Part shown: positions 55,781-64,000 of the stretch, in pieces
Numbering within the stretch: the first letter of the stretch is position 1
Layout of the letters: each line of letters starts with the position of its first letter
From: Oligoflexales bacterium
Lineage (GTDB): Bacteria > Bdellovibrionota_B > Oligoflexia > Oligoflexales > Bog-1112
Direction of reading: 5' to 3'
Assembly (NCBI GenBank): GCA_045106415.1
Contig: JBGCEP010000035.1
Location: 7,304-71,303, forward strand
DNA: 64,000 nt
Notes under the pieces: generated by a model
What the model saw: the letters and a program-made list of their open reading frames with translations, nothing else
Told to the model about the DNA's origin: nothing
Database searches by the model: none
Translations under genes and position numbers: made by a program

Positions 55781-56509
55781 TTACCTTTGAAAATTAGAAC
55801 CGAGATAAGTTTCTTGCACAATCGGACTTGCGTAAATATCTTCAGGGCTACCTTCAGCTATGATTTTTCCAGCCGACAATACGTATGAACGATCACAACT
55901 GCCAAGAGTTTCACGAACATTATGATCTGTGATTAGAATCCCCATCCCATCATCTCTTAAGTTTCGAATAATGTTTTGAATTTCCTGTACAGTGAGAGGG
56001 TCAACCCCAGCAAAAGGCTCGTCTAATAACAAAAACGAGGGGTTGATGATCAAGGAGCGAGCAATTTCCACGCGACGTCTTTCTCCACCGGATAATGCAG
56101 CGCCAAGGCTTTGTGCTACGTGTTCAATTTGGAATTTTTGCAGCAGGTCTTGCACACGAGGTTTTTGTTCAGATTTTGGAAGCCCAACGACTTGTGTGAT
56201 GGCTAAAAGATTATCGTATACAGTAAGCTTTTTAAAAATAGAGCTATTTTGTGGGAGATAACTAATTCCGTGTTTTGCCCGTGTATGCATAGGAAGGCTT
56301 GTGAGGAGCTTGTCGCCTAAAGTGACCTTTCCTTGGTCGGGAAAAAGGAGCCCGACGACCATATAAAAACTAGTTGTTTTGCCAGCGCCATTTGGTCCAA
56401 GAAGGCCCACGACTTCACCCTCGTGAACATGAAAAGAGACGTGATTGACAACGGTGCGATTTTTAAACGTCTTGCATAATGAATGTGCTTCGAGTTTTGT
56501 TTGAGGCAT
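55781..56509 (-). CDS. lptB: LPS export ABC transporter ATPase LptB
   Basis: Walker A GPNGAGKTT, signature LSGGERRRVEIAR, Walker B LLLDEPFAGVDP. ATG 56509 lies 1 nt after the lptA stop. The ORF-track start at 56641 runs into lptA. Confidence 0.93.
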   Translation of the reverse strand: MPQTKLEAHSLCKTFKNRTVVNHVSFHVHEGEVVGLLGPNGAGKTTSFYMVVGLLFPDQGKVTLGDKLLTSLPMHTRAKHGISYLPQNSSIFKKLTVYDNLLAITQVVGLPKSEQKPRVQDLLQKFQIEHVAQSLGAALSGGERRRVEIARSLIINPSFLLLDEPFAGVDPLTVQEIQNIIRNLRDDGMGILITDHNVRETLGSCDRSYVLSAGKIIAEGSPEDIYASPIVQETYLGSNFQR

Positions 56510-56510
56510 T

Positions 56511-57107
56511 TTATTTTGCCTTTTCTGTTGTATGGAGTTGTCCTTTAACCTTTTGGACTTTGATCCATCCTGTGTCCAGGTTGTACTGAATGACTTGCCC
56601 TTGAAGCATATCGTCGCCTCGCCATAGTTTTGCGTGACCACTCAGGGTTATGATGCGGTCTTGTTCGTGATATGTGAGCTCATCGCTGTGAGCGCGGACT
56701 TTTTTTCCTGACTCTGGGTCAATTGTGTGAATTTTGACATGACCCAAAGCTTCAACGCGTTCCATTTCTTCTTGCTCTGTAAAGTGTATTTTTGCATTGT
56801 CTGATGTCACTTTGAGGCTACCTTGAGTCACTGTGACAGCGGTTTTAAGTTCAAGTAGGCCAGCTTCACGGGTTCCTCTAAGGTTTTGGCTACTGTAGTG
56901 AATGGGGAGCTTACTTTGCTCGTTTTGGTTCATTTTTTTTTGCGGAGAAGGTTTTCTTCTCTTGGTTTCTTGTGGTCGAGCTTTCTTGTTTATAGGTTGT
57001 GTGCGCCGTGGGGTTTCAATCTCATCGATTGTATCAGTGAGATCAGCAAGCATGGGTGAATATGCTAAATAGCAGTTAATCAGAATGATGAGATTGAGAT
57101 AATTCAT
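56511..57107 (-). CDS. lptA: LptA/OstA-like periplasmic LPS transport protein with basic low-complexity insert
   Basis: ATG 57107 gives signal peptide MNYLNLIILINCYLAYSP. The C-terminal OstA-like beta-jellyroll pattern is (SDNAKIHF...VEALGHVKIH...AHSDELTYHEQDRIITLSGHAKLW...QGQVIQYNL). It sits between lptC and lptB. Confidence 0.75.
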   Translation of the reverse strand: MNYLNLIILINCYLAYSPMLADLTDTIDEIETPRRTQPINKKARPQETKRRKPSPQKKMNQNEQSKLPIHYSSQNLRGTREAGLLELKTAVTVTQGSLKVTSDNAKIHFTEQEEMERVEALGHVKIHTIDPESGKKVRAHSDELTYHEQDRIITLSGHAKLWRGDDMLQGQVIQYNLDTGWIKVQKVKGQLHTTEKAK

Positions 57108-57687
57108 TGGGATCAACAACTCCTTCGATAGGCCCAAATACTTCAACATTAGAGCTCGACATATCATAGATAAAACCATGTTCACCGGTAGACCAACGTT
57201 TCTGTCCTTCAACGCGAACTGGGGCATCACTATATATTCTATCTGTTTTAATATCATATGTGGCTTGAGTGGTGAGAATAGCATCCTGGCTTTGGAGTAA
57301 TTTAATGTTTTCAAAGAGCTTAATGTTTTTGGTGGCGGCACCATCGAGAACGTCTTGAATACTAACGGCATCAAATGTTGCAACTGCTCGATCTGCGTAA
57401 ACCTCCTGTTGATGAGGTTTACGGTGCTGAATGCTTTTTAAAGATCCAGTCATGAGAAGTTGGTTGGGCTCTTGGAAGTAACCGGTGTCACCAGAGATTT
57501 GTGATTGTGGATCTTGGTGAGCATACCGATAGGAGTGAAACTGTTTTAAGAGGAGCTTTGGGCGTGTGTTGGAGTTGCCTACAGCTTCCATGTTTTCTCT
57601 TAATGTTCTGTTATCTCTAGATAAAAAAGTGTAACACGCATAGCAAAACGTTAAAATAAACCAGAGATTGATGATTTTTTTACCCAT
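57076..57687 (-). CDS. lptC: LptC-like LPS export protein
   Basis: ATG 57687 gives the N-terminal anchor MGKKIINLWFILTFCYACYTFL followed by a beta-rich domain. It sits between kdsD and lptA. The call rests mainly on topology and synteny. Confidence 0.65.
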   Translation of the reverse strand: MGKKIINLWFILTFCYACYTFLSRDNRTLRENMEAVGNSNTRPKLLLKQFHSYRYAHQDPQSQISGDTGYFQEPNQLLMTGSLKSIQHRKPHQQEVYADRAVATFDAVSIQDVLDGAATKNIKLFENIKLLQSQDAILTTQATYDIKTDRIYSDAPVRVEGQKRWSTGEHGFIYDMSSSNVEVFGPIEGVVDPNELSQSHHSD

Positions 57688-57724
57688 ACTAGCAGTGTAC
57701 CCGATCACAGAGGTTAGGACTAGC

Positions 57725-58717
57725 TCAGACGACCTTTGCTGCGAGTAGGTCGTGAATACGGACAATCCCTTTGAGGTCATTTTCACCAACAAAAACTGAG
57801 GTGATGCTGTGATGCTCCATGAGAGCGATTGCCTCCATAACAGAAGCGTTAGAGGTTATTGTTTTAGGGGCTGTGGTCATAAGCTGATAAGCTTGCATTT
57901 CAAATATTTCTGATTTGTGCTCTAGAATAGCTCGCCTGACATCTCCGTCTGATATGGAGCCAAGAAGCTTGGAGTTTTTGACAACAGCAATAATGCCGAA
58001 GTTTGGTTCATTCACTTTTTGAACAATATCTTCAAATTTTGTGTGCTCTGAGCATAAGTTTAGCTCAGAGGTGGGTCTCATAACGCTTTCAACGCTTTGC
58101 AAGCGAAGGCCTAAAGATCCACCTGGGTGAAATTGCGCAAAGTGGTGTGGCTGAAAATTGCGAGCTTCCATAAGTGTGACTGCGAGTGCGTCTCCAAGGC
58201 CAAGGGCTACTGTTGTGGAAGATGTGGGCGCAAGATTGTGTGAGTCGGCTTCTTTTGTGATGCTGCCGTCGAGGAGAACATCTGCGGCTTGAGCAAGGGG
58301 AGATTGCAGTTTCCCGGTAATAGCAATCGAGGGAATATGATGTTCTTTGGCATAACGGCAGACCGCAAGAACTTCACGTGTCTGGCCCCCAAAAGCAATG
58401 GCGAGCACAATGTCATGCTCGCCAATCATCCCAAAATCGCCATGCATGGCTTCGCCAGGGTGAAGAAAAAATGCAGGGGTGCCTGTGCTTGAAAGAGTTG
58501 CTGCTATTTTCCGAGCGATATGTCCAGACTTACCAAGCCCGCTGAGGATCACTTTGCCTTTGCAGCTTAGAATAGTTTGGACCGCTTGCTCAAAAGATGT
58601 GCCTAAACGTTCTGCTGCACGCTCTAAAGCTTTTGCCTCAATGTGTAAGGTTTGTCGCCCTCTGCCCACCCATGTGTGAGGTGTGAGGGATGTGCCTTGG
58701 TGATTCTGTTCGCTCAT
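57725..58717 (-). CDS. kdsD: Arabinose-5-phosphate isomerase KdsD (SIS + tandem CBS)
   Basis: SIS motif GLGKSGHIARKIAATLSSTGTPAFFLHPGEAMHGDFG and a C-terminal CBS pair. ATG 58717 has GGGGG upstream. Confidence 0.9.
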   Translation of the reverse strand: MSEQNHQGTSLTPHTWVGRGRQTLHIEAKALERAAERLGTSFEQAVQTILSCKGKVILSGLGKSGHIARKIAATLSSTGTPAFFLHPGEAMHGDFGMIGEHDIVLAIAFGGQTREVLAVCRYAKEHHIPSIAITGKLQSPLAQAADVLLDGSITKEADSHNLAPTSSTTVALGLGDALAVTLMEARNFQPHHFAQFHPGGSLGLRLQSVESVMRPTSELNLCSEHTKFEDIVQKVNEPNFGIIAVVKNSKLLGSISDGDVRRAILEHKSEIFEMQAYQLMTTAPKTITSNASVMEAIALMEHHSITSVFVGENDLKGIVRIHDLLAAKVV

Positions 58718-60344
58718 AACGCCCCCGATTGGCCTGTTGAAAAGCGACTGCAGCATTCACAAATCCTTTGAAAAGAGGATGTGGTTGCATCAGACGACTT
58801 TTTAATTCCGGATGGAACTGACATCCAATATAGAAGGGGTGGTTATAAAGCTCAACGATTTCTACAAGCTTTTCATCTGGAGAGCACCCAGCGAAGGAAA
58901 GTCCGGCTTTTTCAAACTGTTGACGATAATCGTTGTTGAACTCATAGCGATGGCGATGGCGCTCGCTAATATCAAGAGATTGATACAACTCGTAACTGCG
59001 GCTCTCAGGTTTGATACGACAAGGATAGCCACCTAAACGCATGGTTCCACCGAGTTGTTCGATGTCTTTTTGGTTGTCGAGAAGGCCAATGATTTTATGC
59101 GGAGTCTTCGCATCAAACTCTTCGCTATTCGCACCTTTTAATCCGATGACGTTGCGAGCAAACTCAATACAAGCAAGCTGCATACCAAGGCAAATACCAA
59201 GGAATGGAATTTTATTCTCTCTAGCAGCTTGAATAGTCGCAATTTTTCCTTCAACACCTCGTGAACCAAAGCCACCAGGAACCAGAATAGCATCGTATTG
59301 GTTGAGAATTTTAGCCGCGTTGTCAGTAGTAATATCTGAAGTATCTAAGTAGTGAGGTTTGATTTGGCAACCAGCCTCGATGCCTGCATGCACAAGAGAC
59401 TCATGAATAGATTTATAAGAATCGACAACGTCCACATATTTGCCGACAATAGCAACATTGATTTCGTGGTTGCTATGGCGGAGTTGATCAACTTTATGCT
59501 GCCAAGCTGTAAGGTCTGGAGCTCGGCTCCAAATATTTAAATGCTTGGCCACAAGGGTGTCTAAGCCTTCTGCCTGTAGAGCTAATGGCACAGCGTAAAT
59601 ACTGTCTAGATCGCGAGCTTCGACAACGTTCGAGGTTGGGACATTGCAAAAGCGCGCAATTTTTTGTCTAAGATCATCAGGGAGCTCGCGCTCTGTTCGG
59701 CAAACTAAAATATCAGGTTGAATACCGCTTGAGAGAAGTTCTTTGACTGAGTGTTGTGTCGGTTTTGTTTTTAGCTCTTGTGCTCCAGCGAGCCATGGTA
59801 CAAGCGTTAGGTGAATATAGAGAATGTTTTCTGGGCCAACGTCATGCCTCATCTGGCGGATGGCTTCGATAAAAGGCAGGCTTTCAATATCACCTACTGT
59901 GCCACCGATTTCGATTAATGCAAGATCGGCCCCTTCTGAGGCTTGAAAAATTTGTTGTTTAATTTGATCAGTGATGTGTGGGACTACTTGAACAGTATGG
60001 CCTAAAAATTCACCGTTTCTTTCTCGAGTGAGTACGTGGTCATAGACCTTACCAGCGGAAAAGCTATTATTTCGATTGAGAACAACTTGCGTGAAACGTT
60101 CATAGTGCCCAAGGTCGAGGTCAGTTTCAGCACCATCATCGGTGACGAAAACTTCTCCATGTTGGCAAGGGCTCATGGTGCCTGGATCAATGTTGATATA
60201 AGGGTCAGCCTTGCTAAAGCTTAGTTTAAGACCTCGAGCTTCTAGTAAAGAGCCTAGGCTGGCAGAAATAATACCTTTTCCAAGAGATGAAACAACACCT
60301 CCAGTAATAAATACATATTTTGTGTGGGATGATTGTGACTGCAT
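58638..60344 (-). CDS. pyrG: CTP synthase PyrG
   Basis: ATG 60344 (GAGGGA upstream) gives MQSQSSHTKYVFITGGVVSSLGKGI. The GATase site is GICLGMQL, and HPEL is present. The ORF-track start at 60449 adds 35 unlikely residues. Confidence 0.95.
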   Translation of the reverse strand: MQSQSSHTKYVFITGGVVSSLGKGIISASLGSLLEARGLKLSFSKADPYINIDPGTMSPCQHGEVFVTDDGAETDLDLGHYERFTQVVLNRNNSFSAGKVYDHVLTRERNGEFLGHTVQVVPHITDQIKQQIFQASEGADLALIEIGGTVGDIESLPFIEAIRQMRHDVGPENILYIHLTLVPWLAGAQELKTKPTQHSVKELLSSGIQPDILVCRTERELPDDLRQKIARFCNVPTSNVVEARDLDSIYAVPLALQAEGLDTLVAKHLNIWSRAPDLTAWQHKVDQLRHSNHEINVAIVGKYVDVVDSYKSIHESLVHAGIEAGCQIKPHYLDTSDITTDNAAKILNQYDAILVPGGFGSRGVEGKIATIQAARENKIPFLGICLGMQLACIEFARNVIGLKGANSEEFDAKTPHKIIGLLDNQKDIEQLGGTMRLGGYPCRIKPESRSYELYQSLDISERHRHRYEFNNDYRQQFEKAGLSFAGCSPDEKLVEIVELYNHPFYIGCQFHPELKSRLMQPHPLFKGFVNAAVAFQQANRGRYERTESPRHIPHTSHMGGQRATNLTH

Positions 60345-60634
60345 AGTAGATTCCCTCGAAGTTCGAAGAGGGCAAACTATCTGACCCTTGTTGGTGTCGT
60401 CAAGCTTATGATGATTTGCGCTAAAAGTTCGATATGTTGGAGCCGTCATTTTTCATGATTGTTTAAGACAAGTTTGAGATGAAGGATCCTGGGTGTGTGG
60501 CTTGTTCTTGTTATTGTAAATGTTTTTCTCTTTTTTTCTATTTTTTGTATTTGTCTTTTTTGCACCCCATTTAATGGTATGCATAATGGTTTCCGATGCT
60601 TTACCTATATGCGACCACTATTAGATTGTGTTCT

Positions 60635-61774
60635 ATGAAGATTTGGTTTTTTACATGTATAATTTTTTTCTATTTTGTTCTAGGCGTTGAGTCTCGTGAT
60701 TCTTATGCTGCTGTGAATGATGACGCTGTTGTGGAAATTACTAAAATAGAGAAAAAACAGAGACTGGTGTATCTAAAAGTTGATTTAATGGACGGATACG
60801 AAAAGGGAAAAAGAGTCTGTTTTTTCAAAAAAACAAATGAATTGTCTCTAAAGAGTCAAAAAAAGAAAAAAAAGCGTAAAAAGAAGAACGGTAAGAAGAA
60901 GCGTAAAAAGAAGCGTAAAAAGAAGAAAAAAGAGAAGAGAATTGCTTGTGGCACAATTGTAAAAGTAGATTTAAAGAAAAATACTGTACGTGTGAAAGTT
61001 GGTAAAAAGAAAATTAAAAAAGTAAAAAAGAATATGATTGCTCGTTTAAAGGGTGCTGGTCGCGCAGGTGCTTTAGCTTATGATCATGGGTTGAAGTTTT
61101 ATTGGCTTCCATATGCTGCTTCAACGGTGTCTTATAATCGTCTAGTTTATACGATCCCATCGGGGACAGAAACAGCTCGAGAAAATTTATGGGACATTCA
61201 GGGCAATACATCCCAAGGTCTTGTTGGAGGTGGTTTTGAGTATGTCATGATGTCCTGGAATTTAGGGTTTGGGGCGAAGTTTAAACAGGATTTGGAGTGG
61301 GTCTCTGAAACAGACTATGACCGTGCAGATAAGACTCAATATGTAAGCCATCTTCAAAGCAGTACAGCAGTTGGTGGTTGGCTTGTTTATTATTTGATGA
61401 ACAATGATTTTAAATTGGGTTTGGGTGTGGATTATGAATCTGCGACGGCAACTTTAAAATCAATTTGGACAAATGATACGAAAAGTTTTGAAACAACGCT
61501 TTATGAAATTACAAGTCCACTGAGCGTCGTTTCATTACGAGTCCCAATGCAATATGATATATACGTAGATCCCCTAGGGATTTCTATAGGTGTCCATGGG
61601 ATTGTGCCGTTGTCAGTCTCTGGAAGCCCTTCGGTGAGTGTAAGTGATTTGAACGGCAGTAATACAAGTATCTATTCAGGAAGTGATGTTGAAGCAGATA
61701 TCATAGAATCTTTGGCACATAAGAAATCAAGTTTTGGTGTTGATATTGTGTTGGGGATTTTTTTCGGTTTTTAG
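60635..61774 (+). CDS. Hypothetical outer-membrane-like protein with poly-Lys/Arg tract
   Basis: ATG 60635 gives signal peptide MKIWFFTCIIFFYFVLGVES. A 28-residue tract follows, QKKKKKRKKKNGKKKRKKKRKKKKKEKR. The C-terminal half is beta-rich (G/Y/S/V alternation) and ends GIFFGF, with an aromatic last residue as in OMP beta-barrels. Confidence 0.6.
   Translation: MKIWFFTCIIFFYFVLGVESRDSYAAVNDDAVVEITKIEKKQRLVYLKVDLMDGYEKGKRVCFFKKTNELSLKSQKKKKKRKKKNGKKKRKKKRKKKKKEKRIACGTIVKVDLKKNTVRVKVGKKKIKKVKKNMIARLKGAGRAGALAYDHGLKFYWLPYAASTVSYNRLVYTIPSGTETARENLWDIQGNTSQGLVGGGFEYVMMSWNLGFGAKFKQDLEWVSETDYDRADKTQYVSHLQSSTAVGGWLVYYLMNNDFKLGLGVDYESATATLKSIWTNDTKSFETTLYEITSPLSVVSLRVPMQYDIYVDPLGISIGVHGIVPLSVSGSPSVSVSDLNGSNTSIYSGSDVEADIIESLAHKKSSFGVDIVLGIFFGF
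60857..60940 (+). repeat. A/G-only low-complexity coding tract with three copies of GCGTAAAAAGAAG and two A_AAA_AAG heptamers
   Basis: Read directly from the sequence: caaaaaaagaaaaaaaagcgtaaaaagaagaacggtaagaagaagcgtaaaaagaagcgtaaaaagaagaaaaaagagaagaga. Confidence 0.85.
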
Positions 61775-61819
61775 CGTATTCCTGTGAGATGAGATTTTTC
61801 CCAAATATGGAGATGGGAC

Positions 61820-62983
61820 ATGAACATTCATGAGTTTCAGGCAAAAGGGCTGTACCACAAGTATGGTATCCCTGCACCGAAGGGTTTTTTAGCCCGTAAT
61901 GAGACGGAGGCTGAGTTTGCATTCCGCCGTTTAAAAAGTCCAGTTGCGGTTGTTAAAGCGCAAGTACATGCTGGGGGTCGAGGTAAAGCGGGTGGTGTAA
62001 AGCTTGTTCGCTCTGCTGATGAGTGCAGAGAAGTCACAAAAGAAATGTTAGGCATGACTTTGGTGACCCATCAAACTGGTCCCGAGGGAAAAGTCGTTGG
62101 CTCGGTGTATGTCGAAGCTGGAAGCGATATCAAAGATGAATACTACCTAGCTATGCTTGTTGATCGAGAAACTGCTTCAATTGCTATTATGTTTTCGCAA
62201 GAAGGCGGTATGGATATTGAAGAAGTAGCAGAAAAAACTCCAGAGAAGATCGTGAATATCTATATCGATCCTACTGTTGGTTTGCAAGCCTTTCACTTGC
62301 GCCAACTTGGAGCAAAGAGTGGTCTTCCAAAGGATCAACAAAAAAAATTATCTCATGTGGTCAAAAAGCTCTATCACATGTTTACGGACCTTGATTGTGC
62401 TTTATTGGAGATCAATCCTCTTATTTTGACTGGTGAAGGGGATATGCTTGCTCTCGATGGTAAGCTGAACTTTGATGACAATGCCCTATATCGTCACCCA
62501 GAAATTGAAGGGATGCGCGATTTTAATGAGGAAGACTCAAGGGAAGTTGAAGCATCAAAATATGGCCTTAGCTATATTGGACTTGATGGAAATATCGGTT
62601 GTCTTGTGAATGGTGCGGGCCTTGCAATGGCAACAATGGATATTATTAAGCACTACAGTGGTGATCCAGCAAACTTTTTGGATGTCGGTGGAGGCGCAAC
62701 GGAAGAGATGGTTCGCAATGCCTTCCGTATTATTTTACAAGATGAGCATGTCAAAGGTATTTTTGTAAATATTTTTGGTGGAATTATGCAGTGTGATGTC
62801 ATTGCTAGAGGTGTTGTGGCGGCGTCTAAAGATCTGGGCCTCAAGGTTCCTCTTTCTGTACGGCTTGAAGGTACAAATGTAGAAGAAGGTCGAAAAATTC
62901 TTCAAGAATCAGGATTAGAGATTATTGCAGCGAAAGATATGGCTGACGGTGCAAAGCGTATTGTTGAAGTGTTGAACAAATAA
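61820..62983 (+). CDS. sucC: Succinyl-CoA synthetase beta subunit
   Basis: [19 protein letters not shown]-terminus, ATP-grasp domain, and [18 protein letters not shown]. Confidence 0.96.
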   Translation: MNIHEFQAKGLYHKYGIPAPKGFLARNETEAEFAFRRLKSPVAVVKAQVHAGGRGKAGGVKLVRSADECREVTKEMLGMTLVTHQTGPEGKVVGSVYVEAGSDIKDEYYLAMLVDRETASIAIMFSQEGGMDIEEVAEKTPEKIVNIYIDPTVGLQAFHLRQLGAKSGLPKDQQKKLSHVVKKLYHMFTDLDCALLEINPLILTGEGDMLALDGKLNFDDNALYRHPEIEGMRDFNEEDSREVEASKYGLSYIGLDGNIGCLVNGAGLAMATMDIIKHYSGDPANFLDVGGGATEEMVRNAFRIILQDEHVKGIFVNIFGGIMQCDVIARGVVAASKDLGLKVPLSVRLEGTNVEEGRKILQESGLEIIAAKDMADGAKRIVEVLNK

Positions 62984-62997
62984 GATGGAGGCCTGAA

Positions 62998-63867
62998 ATG
63001 GGCATTTTTATAGGCCCTGAGACACGAGTGATTACTCAGGGAATTACTGGAAAATCAGGACTCTTTCATACTCGTTTATCACATGAGTATGCTCCACGTT
63101 TTGTGGGTGGAGTGACTCCTGGAAAAGGTGGGCAAACACTAGAAGGTCATAAGGTTTTTGATACCGTAAAAGAAGCCCGCGAAGCAACGGGTTGTAATGC
63201 TTCTATGATTTTTGTTCCACCTCCCTTTGCTGCTGATGCGATTTTAGAAGCGATTGATGCTGAGATTGAATTGATTGTTTGTATTACAGAGGGTATTCCT
63301 GTAATGGACATGATTCCTGTGAAAAAATCATTGGAACGTTCTTCATCACGTTTGATAGGACCGAACTGTCCAGGAATCATTACCCCAGGTGAGTGTAAAA
63401 TTGGGATTATGCCTGGCCATGTCCACAAGCCCGGCAAGGTCGGAATTATTTCTAAATCAGGAACATTGACTTATGAAGCAGTTGGTCAAACAACAGCTGC
63501 AGGACTTGGTCAATCGACATGTATTGGGATTGGTGGAGATCCTATTATTGGGTCGACGTACGTCGATCTTTTAGAGCATTTTGAGAGAGATCCAGCAACA
63601 GAAGTTATTCTTATGATTGGAGAAATCGGTGGTGATGCCGAAATTAAAGCAGCTCAATTTGTGAAAGAAAACATAACAAAACCTGTATGTGGTTTTGTGG
63701 CTGGTCAAACAGCACCGGAAGGTAAACGCATGGGACATGCGGGAGCGATTATTTCTGGTGGTAAGGGAACAGCGGCAGAGAAGATGGATGCGCTTCGCAG
63801 TGCTGGAGTTTTTGTTGCTGAATCACCAGCTGAACTTGGGTCGACCATTGTGAAAGCTCTTGGTTGA
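62998..63867 (+). CDS. sucD: Succinyl-CoA synthetase alpha subunit
   Basis: [17 protein letters not shown], and the phosphohistidine loop MGHAGAII. Confidence 0.96.
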   Translation: MGIFIGPETRVITQGITGKSGLFHTRLSHEYAPRFVGGVTPGKGGQTLEGHKVFDTVKEAREATGCNASMIFVPPPFAADAILEAIDAEIELIVCITEGIPVMDMIPVKKSLERSSSRLIGPNCPGIITPGECKIGIMPGHVHKPGKVGIISKSGTLTYEAVGQTTAAGLGQSTCIGIGGDPIIGSTYVDLLEHFERDPATEVILMIGEIGGDAEIKAAQFVKENITKPVCGFVAGQTAPEGKRMGHAGAIISGGKGTAAEKMDALRSAGVFVAESPAELGSTIVKALG

Positions 63868-63891
63868 GATCATGTGTGCAATCTGATAGAG

Positions 63892-63925
63892 ATGCGTAGG
63901 CCTTAAGGTCTGCGCATTTTTTTTT
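63892..63925 (+). terminator. Rho-independent terminator after sucD
   Basis: Imperfect hairpin ATGCGTAGGCC-ttaa-GGTCTGCGCAT followed by T9. Confidence 0.7.
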
Positions 63926-64000
63926 GAGGTTATTATGCTAGGAATTCGATGTTTTAAAGACTGTAAAGTTGATCTTTGGGTAGGGCCAGCTGATGAGTTT

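Noticed and set aside
1-64000. Search for CRISPR arrays, IS elements or transposases, integrases, prophage genes, tRNA/rRNA genes and known defence systems
   Set aside because: No spaced direct-repeat arrays, no transposase- or integrase-like ORFs, and no tRNA T-loop/acceptor structures in any intergenic gap. Every large ORF is accounted for by housekeeping or metabolic families. This was checked by eye, not with tRNAscan or Infernal.
63935-64000. Start of a plus-strand ORF (MLGIRCFKDCKVDLWVGPADEF...) after the sucD terminator
   Set aside because: Only 22 codons are visible before the window ends, which is too little to support a call or a function.

Overview
This 64-kb window looks like core chromosome of a flagellated Gram-negative bacterium. 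That reading rests on the LPS-transport genes lptA/B/C, kdsD, lolA and two short flagellins. The content would fit a Bdellovibrio-like or delta-proteobacterial lineage, but that is a low-confidence inference. Coding density is high and genes are often translationally coupled through ATGA, GTGA or TTGA overlaps. In order, the window holds: (1) a minus-strand dcw cell-wall/division cluster, rsmH-ftsL-ftsI-murE-murF-mraY-murD-ftsW-murC-ftsQ-ftsA-ftsZ, with no mraZ, murG, murB or ddl; (2) a LysM lipoprotein, an amgK/murU-like pair, rpoH and a Nudix gene; (3) a methyltransferase, a GT4 glycosyltransferase, a PP2C phosphatase and an M23 peptidase; (4) secA and rph; (5) tilS, then ftsH-folP-cdaA-cdaR-glmM-tsaE; (6) two tandem flagellin genes; (7) a small operon of two OMP-like genes and a metzincin, followed by an HDOD gene; (8) a visibly AT-richer stretch with lolA, a PocR-type sigma-54 activator, a GMC-oxidoreductase/membrane-ALDH/PLP-enzyme operon, a gamma-less ftsK and two glycosyltransferases; (9) gcvT-gcvH convergent with gcvP; (10) pyrG-kdsD-lptC-lptA-lptB-rpoN; (11) a poly-lysine outer-membrane-like protein; (12) sucCD. 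I found no tRNA or rRNA genes, CRISPR arrays, transposases, integrases or recognisable defence systems. The most unusual items are the low-GC alcohol/aldehyde oxidation operon beside the PocR-sigma-54 regulator, the poly-Lys OMP-like gene with dnaX-type slippery heptamers, the metzincin whose sorting-signal-like tail is encoded across the flagellin terminator, and cdaA-cdaR lying between folP and glmM. All functional calls come from reading motifs in the translations; no searches were run.
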